From positions 17,127 to 81,126 of the forward strand of contig SVIS01000001.1 of assembly GCA_015069385.1 (NCBI GenBank): a stretch of DNA of 64,000 nt. Direction: 5' to 3'. This document shows, in pieces, positions 45,878-55,654 of the stretch. The first letter of the stretch is position 1; each line of letters opens with the position of its first letter. Both the position numbers and the translations under genes were made by a program. Origin of the DNA: Clostridiales bacterium. GTDB taxonomy: Bacteria; Bacillota; Clostridia; Christensenellales; UBA1242. The notes under the pieces were generated by a model, which was not told the origin of the DNA, did not search any database, and saw nothing but the letters and a program-made list of their open reading frames with translations.

Positions 45878-46909
45878 TTAATAAAGCCAAAAGTTCACTT
45901 TTGTATTATCATCAGAAATTGATTTAACACCCACCTTTACTTTATCATTAAGTTTAACTATTTCATATATGCGTTTATCATTTTTCTGTGTAGCATCAGA
46001 AACATGTAATAAACCTTGTGCTCCATTTTCTAATAATATAATGGCACCAAAAGGTAAAATTTTAATAACCTCTCCTTCATAAACTTCACTAAATTTTAAA
46101 GATTTAATTGCAGTTATTTTTGGGTCTTCATTATTTTGCTTTAAACCAACCGAAACTTTTTTTGTGGCTTGATCTAGTTTAATAATTCTAAATTCATATT
46201 CATTACCAACACATAGCACTTCATTTGGATTTTTTATTCTTTTATAACTAACATCACTAATATGAATAAATGCATCAACTCCATTCAAGTCAACAAAAGC
46301 ACCATATGGCATAATTTTTACTACTTTTCCAACTACCTTTTTACCTAAAAAAGCAGCATTCCAAAATAAATTTTCGGCATTTTCTTTTATTTGTTCTTTT
46401 AACATTCTTACAGAGGCAACAATTTCTTTTTTGTCTTTATTTATTTCTAAAACTATAGCTTCTAATTGTTTAGTTTTATAATAACCCATATGATGTATTT
46501 TAGTATCAATTTGTTCTTTTGGAATAAATATTTTATATGCCCCTAATTTACTAATAAGACCATAATCGTTATAACTGTTAACAACGAATATAAATGTTGA
46601 ACCAACTTTAAGAGCCTCAGCTTTAATAGATCCCGAAATTATATCTTCTGCATCAGATTTAGATACTTCAATCATTCCATCTTCCGTTTTAGTGCCAAGA
46701 ACTAACGCTTTAAATCTGTCACCAATTTTTATATCATTATAATTTTTAAAATCTTCTTTTCTTATAAAAGCGTCTGATTTTCCACCAATATTAAAAATCA
46801 CACCATCTTCTCTTTTTGCGATAACAACACCATCATATATGCTGTTTTTTTTGTAATCGGCTAATGTTTGTTCTATAGCATTTAAATTAAATTTTATATT
46901 ATCTTCCAT
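45878..46909 (-). CDS. Ribosomal protein S1-like protein with four S1 domains
   Basis: Contains repeated S1 OB-fold units (GDRFKALV, VVGKVVKIMPYGAFVDL, YEGEVIKILPFGAIILL). The start is ambiguous between ATG 46909 and TTG 46945. Confidence 0.8.
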   Translation of the reverse strand: MEDNIKFNLNAIEQTLADYKKNSIYDGVVIAKREDGVIFNIGGKSDAFIRKEDFKNYNDIKIGDRFKALVLGTKTEDGMIEVSKSDAEDIISGSIKAEALKVGSTFIFVVNSYNDYGLISKLGAYKIFIPKEQIDTKIHHMGYYKTKQLEAIVLEINKDKKEIVASVRMLKEQIKENAENLFWNAAFLGKKVVGKVVKIMPYGAFVDLNGVDAFIHISDVSYKRIKNPNEVLCVGNEYEFRIIKLDQATKKVSVGLKQNNEDPKITAIKSLKFSEVYEGEVIKILPFGAIILLENGAQGLLHVSDATQKNDKRIYEIVKLNDKVKVGVKSISDDNTKVNFWLY

Positions 46910-47019
46910 AATTTTTTTAACTCCATCTAACAAATATTGTAACAAAATATTTTATATTTTGTCTATTAAAATAAAACTTATATTTTTAATAAAAAGCAAA
47001 GAATTAACTCTTTGCTTTT

Positions 47020-47718
47020 TTATCTTAATTTTTTACAAACATTATATAAATTTTTAGGATTGTGCGAATCTTGTTTTTTATAGATGTCTGATTGCCTTTT
47101 GTTAAGATTGTTTATATCATCATCAATTGGTTTGAAACAAATAGTTAAACAACCTGTTTTATAAGCCCATTCATCGTTATAGCCATTTCCTATAAAAACA
47201 ATATTATCCTTAGTATAACCTTGCTCTTTTAATAATTCAATAAACTTTGCCTTGCCTTCATAGTCATAATCAGTAAGAATTAATTTTTGAAGTTTGCCAT
47301 TTGAGTCAAAAACACACTTATTTGCCTCGATTGCTTCAAAATATTTAACATAATCTCCCAAAACAAGTTCTATTGTATCAATAATACTACCACTCACAAT
47401 AAATAGTTTATAACCACTATTATATAACTTTAATATTAGTTCTTTGGCTCTATCTGTTAACTCGATGCTTTTCGATACAGAATATAATTGACTATAACTA
47501 AGATTTTTGTTTTTAAAAGCCTCACAAGTTAAATTAAAACATTCTTCTCTTGTTATTTTTTTATTAACAACAAATCCAACATACAATTTAGAATAAAGCG
47601 AACTTTTATCTGTTTCATATCCGCATATCTCCCATAACATTTTCCAAATGTTTTGATTCTTTTTTGTAAGAGTACCCTCAAAATCAAAAATAATTGCTTT
47701 TTGCATATTGTTCTCCAT
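47020..47718 (-). CDS. HAD-superfamily hydrolase (phosphoserine phosphatase-like subfamily IB)
   Basis: 232 aa. Motif I is IFDFEGTL, motif II is VSGS, and motif III is K...GNGYNDEW. Confidence 0.7.
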   Translation of the reverse strand: MENNMQKAIIFDFEGTLTKKNQNIWKMLWEICGYETDKSSLYSKLYVGFVVNKKITREECFNLTCEAFKNKNLSYSQLYSVSKSIELTDRAKELILKLYNSGYKLFIVSGSIIDTIELVLGDYVKYFEAIEANKCVFDSNGKLQKLILTDYDYEGKAKFIELLKEQGYTKDNIVFIGNGYNDEWAYKTGCLTICFKPIDDDINNLNKRQSDIYKKQDSHNPKNLYNVCKKLR

Positions 47719-47861
47719 ATATTCAGTATATCATAAACTTTTTCAATTTTCAATATATAAACATTTTATAAATTGTTCTGGTGGAATTATTATTTAAAAA
47801 TGAGTAGAAAAATTTCTACTCATTTTTAACTACTAATATAATTAGGAACATTCAATCTGTT

Positions 47862-48437
47862 TTAGTTTAAATTTTTTAATTCTAACATTTTTTCTCTAAT
47901 TATTTTATTTGCTTTGACAGCACCCTCCTCACCTTTATATGAATTGTCAAAGTAAATTGGTTCACCTACAACAATTTTATTAATGCCAAAAACATGAGGT
48001 TTCTTTTTAATATATAAAGGTACTATAGGTGCATTGGATTTTACGGAAAATACACTTGCACCTGCCTTAAACTCTAAAAGTGGTTCTTGTGTTTTATTTC
48101 TAGTTCCTTCTGGAAAAATTGTTAATATTTTATCTTTTTTTAAAACAGATAAACAATCTTTTATTGTGGTTAAACCTATATTTTCTCTATCAACCGCAAT
48201 TCCACCACAACATTTAAAAAACCAAGCAACAAACTTATTTTTAAAAAGTTCTTTTTTTGCTAATACATATTGTTTACGCCACATACAATTAAATAAATAT
48301 ATATAATCAATATTGCTTTTATGATTGCATACAAAGATTACCTTTCCTTTTGGAATTTTCTTTTTTCCAATCATTCTACAAGGAAATAAAATTGTAAAAG
48401 GTATTGCAGTTATTAATTTAATAAGCCAAAAAATCAT
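47862..48437 (-). CDS. plsC: 1-acyl-sn-glycerol-3-phosphate acyltransferase
   Basis: 191 aa. Contains the NHKSNIDY (HX4D) motif and the FPEGTRN motif. Confidence 0.87.
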   Translation of the reverse strand: MIFWLIKLITAIPFTILFPCRMIGKKKIPKGKVIFVCNHKSNIDYIYLFNCMWRKQYVLAKKELFKNKFVAWFFKCCGGIAVDRENIGLTTIKDCLSVLKKDKILTIFPEGTRNKTQEPLLEFKAGASVFSVKSNAPIVPLYIKKKPHVFGINKIVVGEPIYFDNSYKGEEGAVKANKIIREKMLELKNLN

Positions 48438-48451
48438 ATCTACACCTCTAA

Positions 48452-49108
48452 TTATACGAGTTTAATATATTTAATTATTTCATTAACGCTTTGCTCTATA
48501 GTATTATGCGAAGTATCAATATCTATAGCATCATCTGCCCTTTTTAAGGGACTAAACTTTCTTGTTGTATCAAGAATATCTCTATTTTTTAATGATTCAA
48601 CAACTTCTTTTAAAGTAATTTGTTGTCCGTTAGATATTAAATCTGCCATACGTCTTTGAGCCCGAATATGAATGTCACATGTAATAAAAAATTTATAGTC
48701 GGCATCAGGAAACACATGAGTACCAATATCCCTACCTTCAACAACAACATTGTTGCACAAAGCAAACTCTCTTTGAATACTAGTAACCCTTTCTCTTAAT
48801 GGTAATATTTGGGAATATAACGAAACATTTTGTTGAACAGCAATACTAGAAACATATGGCGTGCAATTAACATTATTTATAATTACAAACTGTTTTTCTT
48901 CTTCAAATAAAATTTGAATATGTATTTTTGATAGCGAATTAACAATAGCAATTTCATTATCAGGAAATATACTTTGCTGATACAGATAATAAGATATCGC
49001 TCTATATACCATACCAGTATTTAAGCATTTAAATCCAAGCTTTTTAGCCACCTTATTTGCAAGAGTGCTTTTTCCAGTGCCTGATTGCCCATCTAATGTT
49101 ATTATCAT
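48452..49108 (-). CDS. cmk: Cytidylate kinase
   Basis: 218 aa. Contains the P-loop DGQSGTGKST, then GMVYRA and EGRDIGT. Confidence 0.92.
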   Translation of the reverse strand: MIITLDGQSGTGKSTLANKVAKKLGFKCLNTGMVYRAISYYLYQQSIFPDNEIAIVNSLSKIHIQILFEEEKQFVIINNVNCTPYVSSIAVQQNVSLYSQILPLRERVTSIQREFALCNNVVVEGRDIGTHVFPDADYKFFITCDIHIRAQRRMADLISNGQQITLKEVVESLKNRDILDTTRKFSPLKRADDAIDIDTSHNTIEQSVNEIIKYIKLV

Positions 49109-49120
49109 AAAATAATACCT

Positions 49121-49369
49121 CTAACCTTTTAATCCACGTGCTTGCCTTTCCATGTTTTCAATAACAATATCATTTATTTCGCCAAGAGATGCACAATACT
49201 TTAAAACATCCCATGGCTCATTAGTATGAAAATGAATTTTTATTAATTCGCTATCCCCAACCGCAATAAGACAATCTTCTTTAAAATTAGATAAAAAATA
49301 ATCTCTAATTTTATCTTCATCTAAACCTTTTCCTTCAATAAGAAGTTGAGTATCATAAATATATTCCAT
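49121..49369 (-). CDS. Small stand-alone protein resembling the central domain of DAK2-fusion protein YloV
   Basis: 82 aa. The segment CLIAVGDSELIKIHFHTNEPWDVLKYCASLGEINDIVIENMERQ matches the GDS..VV.D...VKVHVHTN.P..VL......G.L..I.I.NM..Q pattern. Confidence 0.55.
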   Translation of the reverse strand: MEYIYDTQLLIEGKGLDEDKIRDYFLSNFKEDCLIAVGDSELIKIHFHTNEPWDVLKYCASLGEINDIVIENMERQARGLKG

Positions 49370-49416
49370 GTAAATCCCCCTTAATATATTATCATAACAT
49401 AAGAAATAATTAAAAA

Positions 49417-50631
49417 TTATTTAACACTGTTTCCAGCAACATAACCTGTAGAAAATGCAATTTGCAAATTAAAACCACCCGTTAAAGCATCGACATCTAA
49501 CACTTCACCTGCAAAATACAATCTTTTTACAAGTTTGCTTTCCATTGTTTTTGGATTAATTTCCTTTATATTAACACCACCACTTGTTATGATACCGAAA
49601 TCAAGTTTGTCCAATCCATCAAATGTAAGTGGGAACTGTTTTAATAGAGTTATAATATTGGTAAGATGAATTGCATTAAGAGTTTTAACTTTATAAGTTT
49701 TTTCAATATTTAACTTATACAAAAATGGCTCAATAAATGCTTTTGGTAATAAGCCAGCAAGCAAAGAACTAATTTGCATTTGCTTATTGTTATCAATGTC
49801 TCGCTTTAATCTTGCAAGCAATTTCTCATAAGATAAAGCCGGTTTAAAATCAATATATAAATCAACATTACTTTGTCTATTAATAAATGAACTCATAGAC
49901 AAAACTATTGGTCCGCTAATACCTTTTGAGGTGAATAGCATTTCACCGAATAATTCTTTATATAACTTTTTATTTACATATGCTTTTAAAGCAACATTTT
50001 TTAAACTAAGTCCCTCTATATTTTTAACAAAAGTATCTTTTAATAATATAGGAACTAACCCTGCTTTTAAATCAATAATTGTATGACCAAAATTTTTTGC
50101 AAAATTATAACCATCACCTGTAGAACCAGTTGCTGAATATGTTAACCCACCAGTACAACATATTGTAGCATCATAATTATTATATGTGCCACAATTTGTT
50201 ATTATGGTAAACATATTTTCTTTGTTTGTAATATGAGTAACTTTATTATCAAGTAAAATATTAACTCTATTTATAGATAAAAACTTTGTTAAAGCTTTTA
50301 TAATATCACTTGATTTATCAGACATTGGAAAAGCCCTTTCACCTCTTTCAACCTTTATTGGTGTGCCTAAATCCTCAAAAAAACTAATGGTATCATAACT
50401 ACCAAAAGCATTTAACGCACTATATAAAAACTTTGAATTATTTACAACGTTATTTAAAATATTTTCATTACTAGAACAATTAGTAACATTACAACGCCCT
50501 TTTCCAGTTATAAAAATTTTTTTACCTAGTTTGTTATTTGCTTCAAATAAATCAACTTCATTACCATTTTTTGCACATATTCCAGCAGCCATCATTCCAC
50601 TTGCACCACCACCAATAATAGCAACTCTCAT
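49417..50631 (-). CDS. NAD(P)/FAD-dependent oxidoreductase, HI0933/BaiN family flavoprotein
   Basis: 404 aa. Contains the N-terminal dinucleotide fold VAIIGGGASGMMAA, then GKGRCNVTN and the C-terminal FAGEVLDVDALTGGFNLQ. Confidence 0.85.
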   Translation of the reverse strand: MRVAIIGGGASGMMAAGICAKNGNEVDLFEANNKLGKKIFITGKGRCNVTNCSSNENILNNVVNNSKFLYSALNAFGSYDTISFFEDLGTPIKVERGERAFPMSDKSSDIIKALTKFLSINRVNILLDNKVTHITNKENMFTIITNCGTYNNYDATICCTGGLTYSATGSTGDGYNFAKNFGHTIIDLKAGLVPILLKDTFVKNIEGLSLKNVALKAYVNKKLYKELFGEMLFTSKGISGPIVLSMSSFINRQSNVDLYIDFKPALSYEKLLARLKRDIDNNKQMQISSLLAGLLPKAFIEPFLYKLNIEKTYKVKTLNAIHLTNIITLLKQFPLTFDGLDKLDFGIITSGGVNIKEINPKTMESKLVKRLYFAGEVLDVDALTGGFNLQIAFSTGYVAGNSVK

Positions 50632-51338
50632 TTACGTACCTCAAATATACTATAAAGTTCTTTTTCTGTTAAAGGACGATATTTTCCTCTATCCAATCCT
50701 CCAAGTTTTAATCCACCAATACTTACACGTTTTAGCAAAACAACATTTTTTCCAATTGCCTCAAACATTCTTCTTATTTGCCTATTCTGACCTTCATCAA
50801 TAATAACAGACATTTTAGAAATTTTATCCTTTACTCCTAATAACTCAACCTTAGCACTTGGCATACGTATGCCATTTTCAACCACACCCGCACGCAAAAC
50901 CGCAAGTTCGCCTTCTGTCATAACACCTTCAACCGTTACAATGTATTCTTTTTCTACATGGTTAGAAGGATGCATTAATTTATTTGCAAAATCACCATCA
51001 TTAGTTAACAGTAGTAATCCCTCACTATTATAATCTAATCTACCAATTGAAAATACACGTTCTGGCACTTTTACCAAGTCATATATAGTTTTTCTATTTT
51101 TTTCATCTTTTGCAGAACAAATATAGCCCTTTGGTTTGTTAAATTTATAATAAACGTATTTATTTGGCAAAGATACCTCATTACCATTAAATAATACCTT
51201 ATCTTTTTTTATATTAATATCAGTAGAAAGGTCAACAACCACTTTGCCGTTGACCTTAATTTCACCATTTAAAATATGTTGTTCTACTTTCCTTCTAGAT
51301 GCAACCCCACAAAGTGCAAGAAATTTATTTATCCTCAT
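50628..51338 (-). CDS. rluB: Pseudouridine synthase, RsuA/RluB family
   Basis: 236 aa. An S4 domain (RINKFLALCGVASRR) is followed by the catalytic motif GRLDYNSEGLLLLTNDG. Confidence 0.9.
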   Translation of the reverse strand: MRINKFLALCGVASRRKVEQHILNGEIKVNGKVVVDLSTDINIKKDKVLFNGNEVSLPNKYVYYKFNKPKGYICSAKDEKNRKTIYDLVKVPERVFSIGRLDYNSEGLLLLTNDGDFANKLMHPSNHVEKEYIVTVEGVMTEGELAVLRAGVVENGIRMPSAKVELLGVKDKISKMSVIIDEGQNRQIRRMFEAIGKNVVLLKRVSIGGLKLGGLDRGKYRPLTEKELYSIFEVRK

Positions 51339-51339
51339 T

Positions 51340-52473
51340 TTACCACTCTGAAATAATATCTTGTATACTACTCCATACTCCTATTTTTTTTACACTATTC
51401 ATTGTATAGATTTTTTCAGAAAATAGCAAGTTATTATCTAAATATATTTCTAGAGTACCAACCACTATATCTTTTAAAACTGGTGCATCAATTGAAGTTG
51501 GTAAGTTATATTTGTAAATTAATCTATCTTTTTCTTCTTTTGTTAAAGGGTACTCAAATCCTTTTTTAGTATAAGTTTTTACACTTGTTTCTTTTCCTTC
51601 ATTTACTGTTAATCTTCTAATAATTTTGTAACTAGGCAGAAGTGTAAACTTTTCATAATCATTATATGATCTAATTAATAAATCATTACTTTCTTCAAAC
51701 ATAGGTCCACAATTTAATACTACACAAACAGTTCTAAATCCCTTTCTTTCACAAGCAGATACTAAACACCTACCTGCATCGTCAGTATATCCTGTTTTTA
51801 CACCAATGCAACCATCAAGCGTATTTAAAAGTCTATTTTTATTTTTTAAGTACCTATATGTACCTTGAGTTGCACCTCTTATTCTAGTGCTTTTAGTAGT
51901 TACAATTTCTTTAAAGGTTTCATTTTCTAATGCTTTTGCAGTAATTAAAGCTAAATCATGAGCGGTTGTGTAATGATTATTTTCATCAAGCCCATGAGGA
52001 TTTTGAAAAGAAGAATTATAAGCACCACAAATATTTGCTGTTTTTTGCATAAGGTCACAAAACGCTGGAATATCTTTTGCAATATAATATGCAAGTGCTG
52101 TTGCAGCATCGTTTCCAGATGGCAACATCATTCCATATAACAATTCTCTAACTGTTATAACTTCATCGTTTTTTAAATATATACTTGTTCCAGGAACACC
52201 TACAGCACGATTATCAATTTTAATTTCCTTGTCTAAATCATTGCAATTATTTAAAACTGTTAATGCCGTTACTATTTTAGTCGTTGATGCCATTGCTACT
52301 TTATTATCTTCATTTTTAGCATATAACTTTCTTGAAGAGTCAGTCTCGATAACACACATAGATTTAGCTGAAGTTAAGGTGTCTGCCTTCACCTCATAAT
52401 CAGGTGTTCGAAAAGAAACTAAAAATAACAAAAAAATAACTAATAGTAAAATTGTAATTTTATTTCTTTTCAT
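51340..52473 (-). CDS. D-alanyl-D-alanine carboxypeptidase (S11), DacB-like
   Basis: 377 aa with a signal peptide. Contains the SxxK (ASTTKIV), SGN (PSGND) and KTG (VKTGYT) motifs. It lies upstream of ytfJ/ytfI. Confidence 0.88.
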   Translation of the reverse strand: MKRNKITILLLVIFLLFLVSFRTPDYEVKADTLTSAKSMCVIETDSSRKLYAKNEDNKVAMASTTKIVTALTVLNNCNDLDKEIKIDNRAVGVPGTSIYLKNDEVITVRELLYGMMLPSGNDAATALAYYIAKDIPAFCDLMQKTANICGAYNSSFQNPHGLDENNHYTTAHDLALITAKALENETFKEIVTTKSTRIRGATQGTYRYLKNKNRLLNTLDGCIGVKTGYTDDAGRCLVSACERKGFRTVCVVLNCGPMFEESNDLLIRSYNDYEKFTLLPSYKIIRRLTVNEGKETSVKTYTKKGFEYPLTKEEKDRLIYKYNLPTSIDAPVLKDIVVGTLEIYLDNNLLFSEKIYTMNSVKKIGVWSSIQDIISEW

Positions 52474-52864
52474 CTTTTTCCTCTTTATTATTTGACTTCA
52501 ACTTATCCACAATACTATTAACAAGATTTAAAATTGTTTGATAGGTTGTTTTATTTTCAATATCAACAAATTTTACCTCATCTTGTTGTATTACAATAAA
52601 ACCAACAGGAGTAACACTCATTCCACAACCGCTTCCACCAGCCATAGGAAAATGATTAGCAACTCTTCTTGTAGATTTATCAGCGTATTCTCCACCGCCT
52701 ACAACAAATCCCACACTTGCTTTAGATATGGGAATAACTGATGTTATGTCATCTATTCTAATTGCTTCTCCAACTATTGTATTCGTCTCCATTAAGGTTT
52801 TAACCTTATCTAAAGAAGTTTTCATAAGTTCATCTATACTTGAATTTTTACTATACTCTTTCAT
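52460..52864 (-). CDS. ytfJ: Sporulation protein YtfJ (GerW family)
   Basis: 134 aa. The segments NTIVGEAIRIDDITSVIPISKASVGFVVGGGEY and AGGSGCGMSVTPVGFIVI align with B. subtilis YtfJ. Confidence 0.85.
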   Translation of the reverse strand: MKEYSKNSSIDELMKTSLDKVKTLMETNTIVGEAIRIDDITSVIPISKASVGFVVGGGEYADKSTRRVANHFPMAGGSGCGMSVTPVGFIVIQQDEVKFVDIENKTTYQTILNLVNSIVDKLKSNNKEEKDEKK

Positions 52865-53411
52865 ATTTTTCGCTCCTTTTTATAATTAAAAACGACATAA
52901 CAAACGCATAAATAATATCAAATAAAGTTATAAAACATGTAACATGTGCTGCTATTGCAAAATATTGTCCATTAAACTCAGGAATATTTATCACTTGCAT
53001 TCTTGCTGATTTTTTTGTGTTTTTTACATATCCCATTATCATAGAAACTAATACATTAATAAACCCTGTACCCAATGCTGTTAGATATGCATCATTTAAA
53101 CCAATTCTAGAGTAAAAAACGGCTCTTTTTAATAAAATTTTTTCTTTTAATTGAACTGATAGTTGTTTTAAAAATCTTAATTGTTTTTTAGACACCTTTA
53201 ATTGTACTTCTTTTTTATCTTTTTCTGTAAATAGTATTATTTCTTTACCCTCTCGTTTAATTTTATAAGCAAAAATTTTTATAAACAATACATATATTGA
53301 TAGAACTCCAATATTATTAAGGATATCAAAAGTAACATAAACTTTACTAAATATTGGAACTATTAATAACAACAAAAAAAACACTACAATAACTGGCAAT
53401 ACTATTTGCAT
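52851..53411 (-). CDS. ytfI: Sporulation membrane protein YtfI-like (DUF2953)
   Basis: 186 aa. It has an N-terminal TM helix, sits in the conserved position upstream of ytfJ, and has hydrophobic segments at the C-terminus. Confidence 0.6.
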   Translation of the reverse strand: MQIVLPVIVVFFLLLLIVPIFSKVYVTFDILNNIGVLSIYVLFIKIFAYKIKREGKEIILFTEKDKKEVQLKVSKKQLRFLKQLSVQLKEKILLKRAVFYSRIGLNDAYLTALGTGFINVLVSMIMGYVKNTKKSARMQVINIPEFNGQYFAIAAHVTCFITLFDIIYAFVMSFLIIKRSEKYERV

Positions 53412-53458
53412 ATTATTATTGTGTTTTATTTTTGATTTTTTATTACATATAAAATAAA

Positions 53459-54124
53459 TTAATCAACTGCTTCTATTTCATCTGCCTCTATAGTTTGAAT
53501 ATCTTCACCTTTTAAAAACTCAGGAACTATTTCTTCTTGTGAAATTTCATGGTCGCGATATAAACTATCCGTATTTTGTTGAACTTCCGTTTCGGCACGA
53601 ATAAGTTTTATTCTTTCTAATAAATCTTCATATGCCGGTAATTCATCGATATCTTTCAAATTAAAGCGCTTTAAAAATTCATCAGTAGTGCCATATAAAA
53701 ATGGTTTACCAACCGCATCTTTTCTTCCAACTACTTCTATTAATTTATTATCTAATAACATTTGAATCGCATAATCAGCCGAGCGAGTATTTCTTATTTC
53801 TTCAATTTCTAATTTGGTTATAGGTTGTTTATAAGCAACAATTGCTACAGTTTCAAGAGTTGCTTTTGTTAATGCCTTCTCTCTTATAGGATTTAAAATA
53901 TCACTTACCTTATCGACATATTTCTGATTTGTACATAATTGTATTTTTTCTTTAAATTCAATTAGAATAATTCCATTATCACCAGAAAGTTCTTCTTTTA
54001 ACTGATTTATAATTTTTGTAAACTCTTTTTCAGAAAGTTCTAATTTTTCACGTATTGCTTTTTTTTCTACACCTTCACCGGCCACAAAAAGTGTGGCTTT
54101 GATTATTTCTTTAATTTCATTCAT
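53459..54124 (-). CDS. scpB: Segregation and condensation protein B
   Basis: 221 aa. Contains tandem wHTH regions (EAILFVAGE-like TLFVAGEGV, LETVAIVAYKQPITKLEIEEIRN). It overlaps scpA. Confidence 0.92.
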   Translation of the reverse strand: MNEIKEIIKATLFVAGEGVEKKAIREKLELSEKEFTKIINQLKEELSGDNGIILIEFKEKIQLCTNQKYVDKVSDILNPIREKALTKATLETVAIVAYKQPITKLEIEEIRNTRSADYAIQMLLDNKLIEVVGRKDAVGKPFLYGTTDEFLKRFNLKDIDELPAYEDLLERIKLIRAETEVQQNTDSLYRDHEISQEEIVPEFLKGEDIQTIEADEIEAVD

Positions 54125-54878
54125 TTATTGCTTTTTCCTCATTCTCATATATATCTATTTCGCCGAACAATTCACTTTGTTTTGCTTTTACAAATTGCAA
54201 TTTTAATAATTCTAATAAAGCCAAAAATATGTTTAACATTTCACTTTTTGTATTATCAACTTCAAACAAATCTGTGAATTTAATATGTTTTTTTTCTCTA
54301 ATGGTGCTTTTAATAGCAACAATTTTTTCTGCAACTGTAAATCTATCTTTAACTATTTTTTTAGGTTCGGCAGATTCTTGCTTCCGCTCAACTCTACACA
54401 ATAAATTTGCAAACGCATCTAGCAAGTTTTCTAACACCATATCTTTAAGTACAATTTTTACATTACCAGCGAGTTTATCTGGATCTTTATACAACTTATT
54501 TATATCTTCTAAACGCTGTAGTTCTTGACTAGCATCTTGAAAGATAGCATACTCTTTCATTTTAGCCTTAAGATATGTTTCAGGATCAATTTCATCATTA
54601 GTGTCTTCTGGCATTTCGACTGGTAATATTGCCTTAGATTTTATTTCTATTAACATTGAAGCAACTTGAATAAATTCACTTGCACTTTCTAAATCTAAAT
54701 CTTCTACATCTTTAATATAATCTAAATATTGTTCGGTAATGTCAGCCAAATGAATTTCATCAATATCCATTTTAGATTCTTTTACTAAATGTAATAAAAG
54801 AGCAATTGGTCCTTCAAAGTTTTCTAATTTTATACCATAACTATCAGCATAAATTTCTTCCAAATTTTCTTTTTTCAT
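54117..54878 (-). CDS. scpA: Segregation and condensation protein A (kleisin)
   Basis: Contains LENFEGPIALLLHLVKESKMDI and the C-terminal FLALLELLK. ATG 54878 overlaps the upstream TAA by 1 nt. Confidence 0.9.
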   Translation of the reverse strand: MKKENLEEIYADSYGIKLENFEGPIALLLHLVKESKMDIDEIHLADITEQYLDYIKDVEDLDLESASEFIQVASMLIEIKSKAILPVEMPEDTNDEIDPETYLKAKMKEYAIFQDASQELQRLEDINKLYKDPDKLAGNVKIVLKDMVLENLLDAFANLLCRVERKQESAEPKKIVKDRFTVAEKIVAIKSTIREKKHIKFTDLFEVDNTKSEMLNIFLALLELLKLQFVKAKQSELFGEIDIYENEEKAINE

Positions 54879-55576
54879 TAAACAAAAAGCCCCCAAAAAC
54901 TAAAGAATGTTTCAGTAATAAAGCCAGTAACAATATTATAAAAAGCATCAAAAAATGGCAAACATATAACAACAATTAAAATTAGATTACCCCAACGATA
55001 CATAAAATTTAAAAATTTATTATTAAGTCTAAAAATAGATTTAACAGCATTAAAACCATCTAAAGGATATATTGGTATTAAATTAAATACAAAAAGCGCT
55101 ATGTTTAAAACAATTGAATATTCCAAGAAATAATGTATTAAATAAAGCAAATCATTGCTATATGTAAAATTACCCGATATATCAAACTGAGCTACATTTA
55201 CAAAGAAGAAATAAAAAATACCACTTAAAATAAACGCCAATAGTAAATTTGTTAAAACGCCAGCAACACTAACAAAAAACATATCTCTTCTATATTTTTT
55301 AAAATGAAGTGGATTAACCTCAACTGGTTTTGCCCAACCAAAACCAACAACCAAAAAACCAATTAAACCATATGGGTCAATATGTTTTAAAGGATTTACT
55401 GTTAAACGACCTAACGCTTTTGGTGTTGGATCACCTAATTTATAAGCAGTCAAAGCATGTGCATATTCATGTAAACCAAATGCTAACACAATTGCAAAAA
55501 GATAGCCCACTCCAAAAGCGAGCATACGGGAAAAAGACATTCCTTGTTGTACCATACTTTGTATTAAATAAAACAT
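54878..55576 (-). CDS. Site-2 protease family (M50) membrane metalloprotease
   Basis: 232 aa, multi-TM. Contains the HExxH motif LHEYAHALTAY and NLIPIYPLDG. Confidence 0.8.
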   Translation of the reverse strand: MFYLIQSMVQQGMSFSRMLAFGVGYLFAIVLAFGLHEYAHALTAYKLGDPTPKALGRLTVNPLKHIDPYGLIGFLVVGFGWAKPVEVNPLHFKKYRRDMFFVSVAGVLTNLLLAFILSGIFYFFFVNVAQFDISGNFTYSNDLLYLIHYFLEYSIVLNIALFVFNLIPIYPLDGFNAVKSIFRLNNKFLNFMYRWGNLILIVVICLPFFDAFYNIVTGFITETFFSFWGLFV

Positions 55577-55613
55577 AAAATTATTATAACAAACAATTTT
55601 AATTTAATCAACA

Positions 55614-55645
55614 ATTAAAAAGACTTTTACTATCAGTAAAAGCCT
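55614..55645 (-). terminator. Intrinsic terminator after the 55655-56815 carboxypeptidase gene
   Basis: Hairpin CTTTTACT / AGTAAAAG with a T-run on the minus strand. Confidence 0.65.
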
Positions 55646-55654
55646 TTAAATAAA

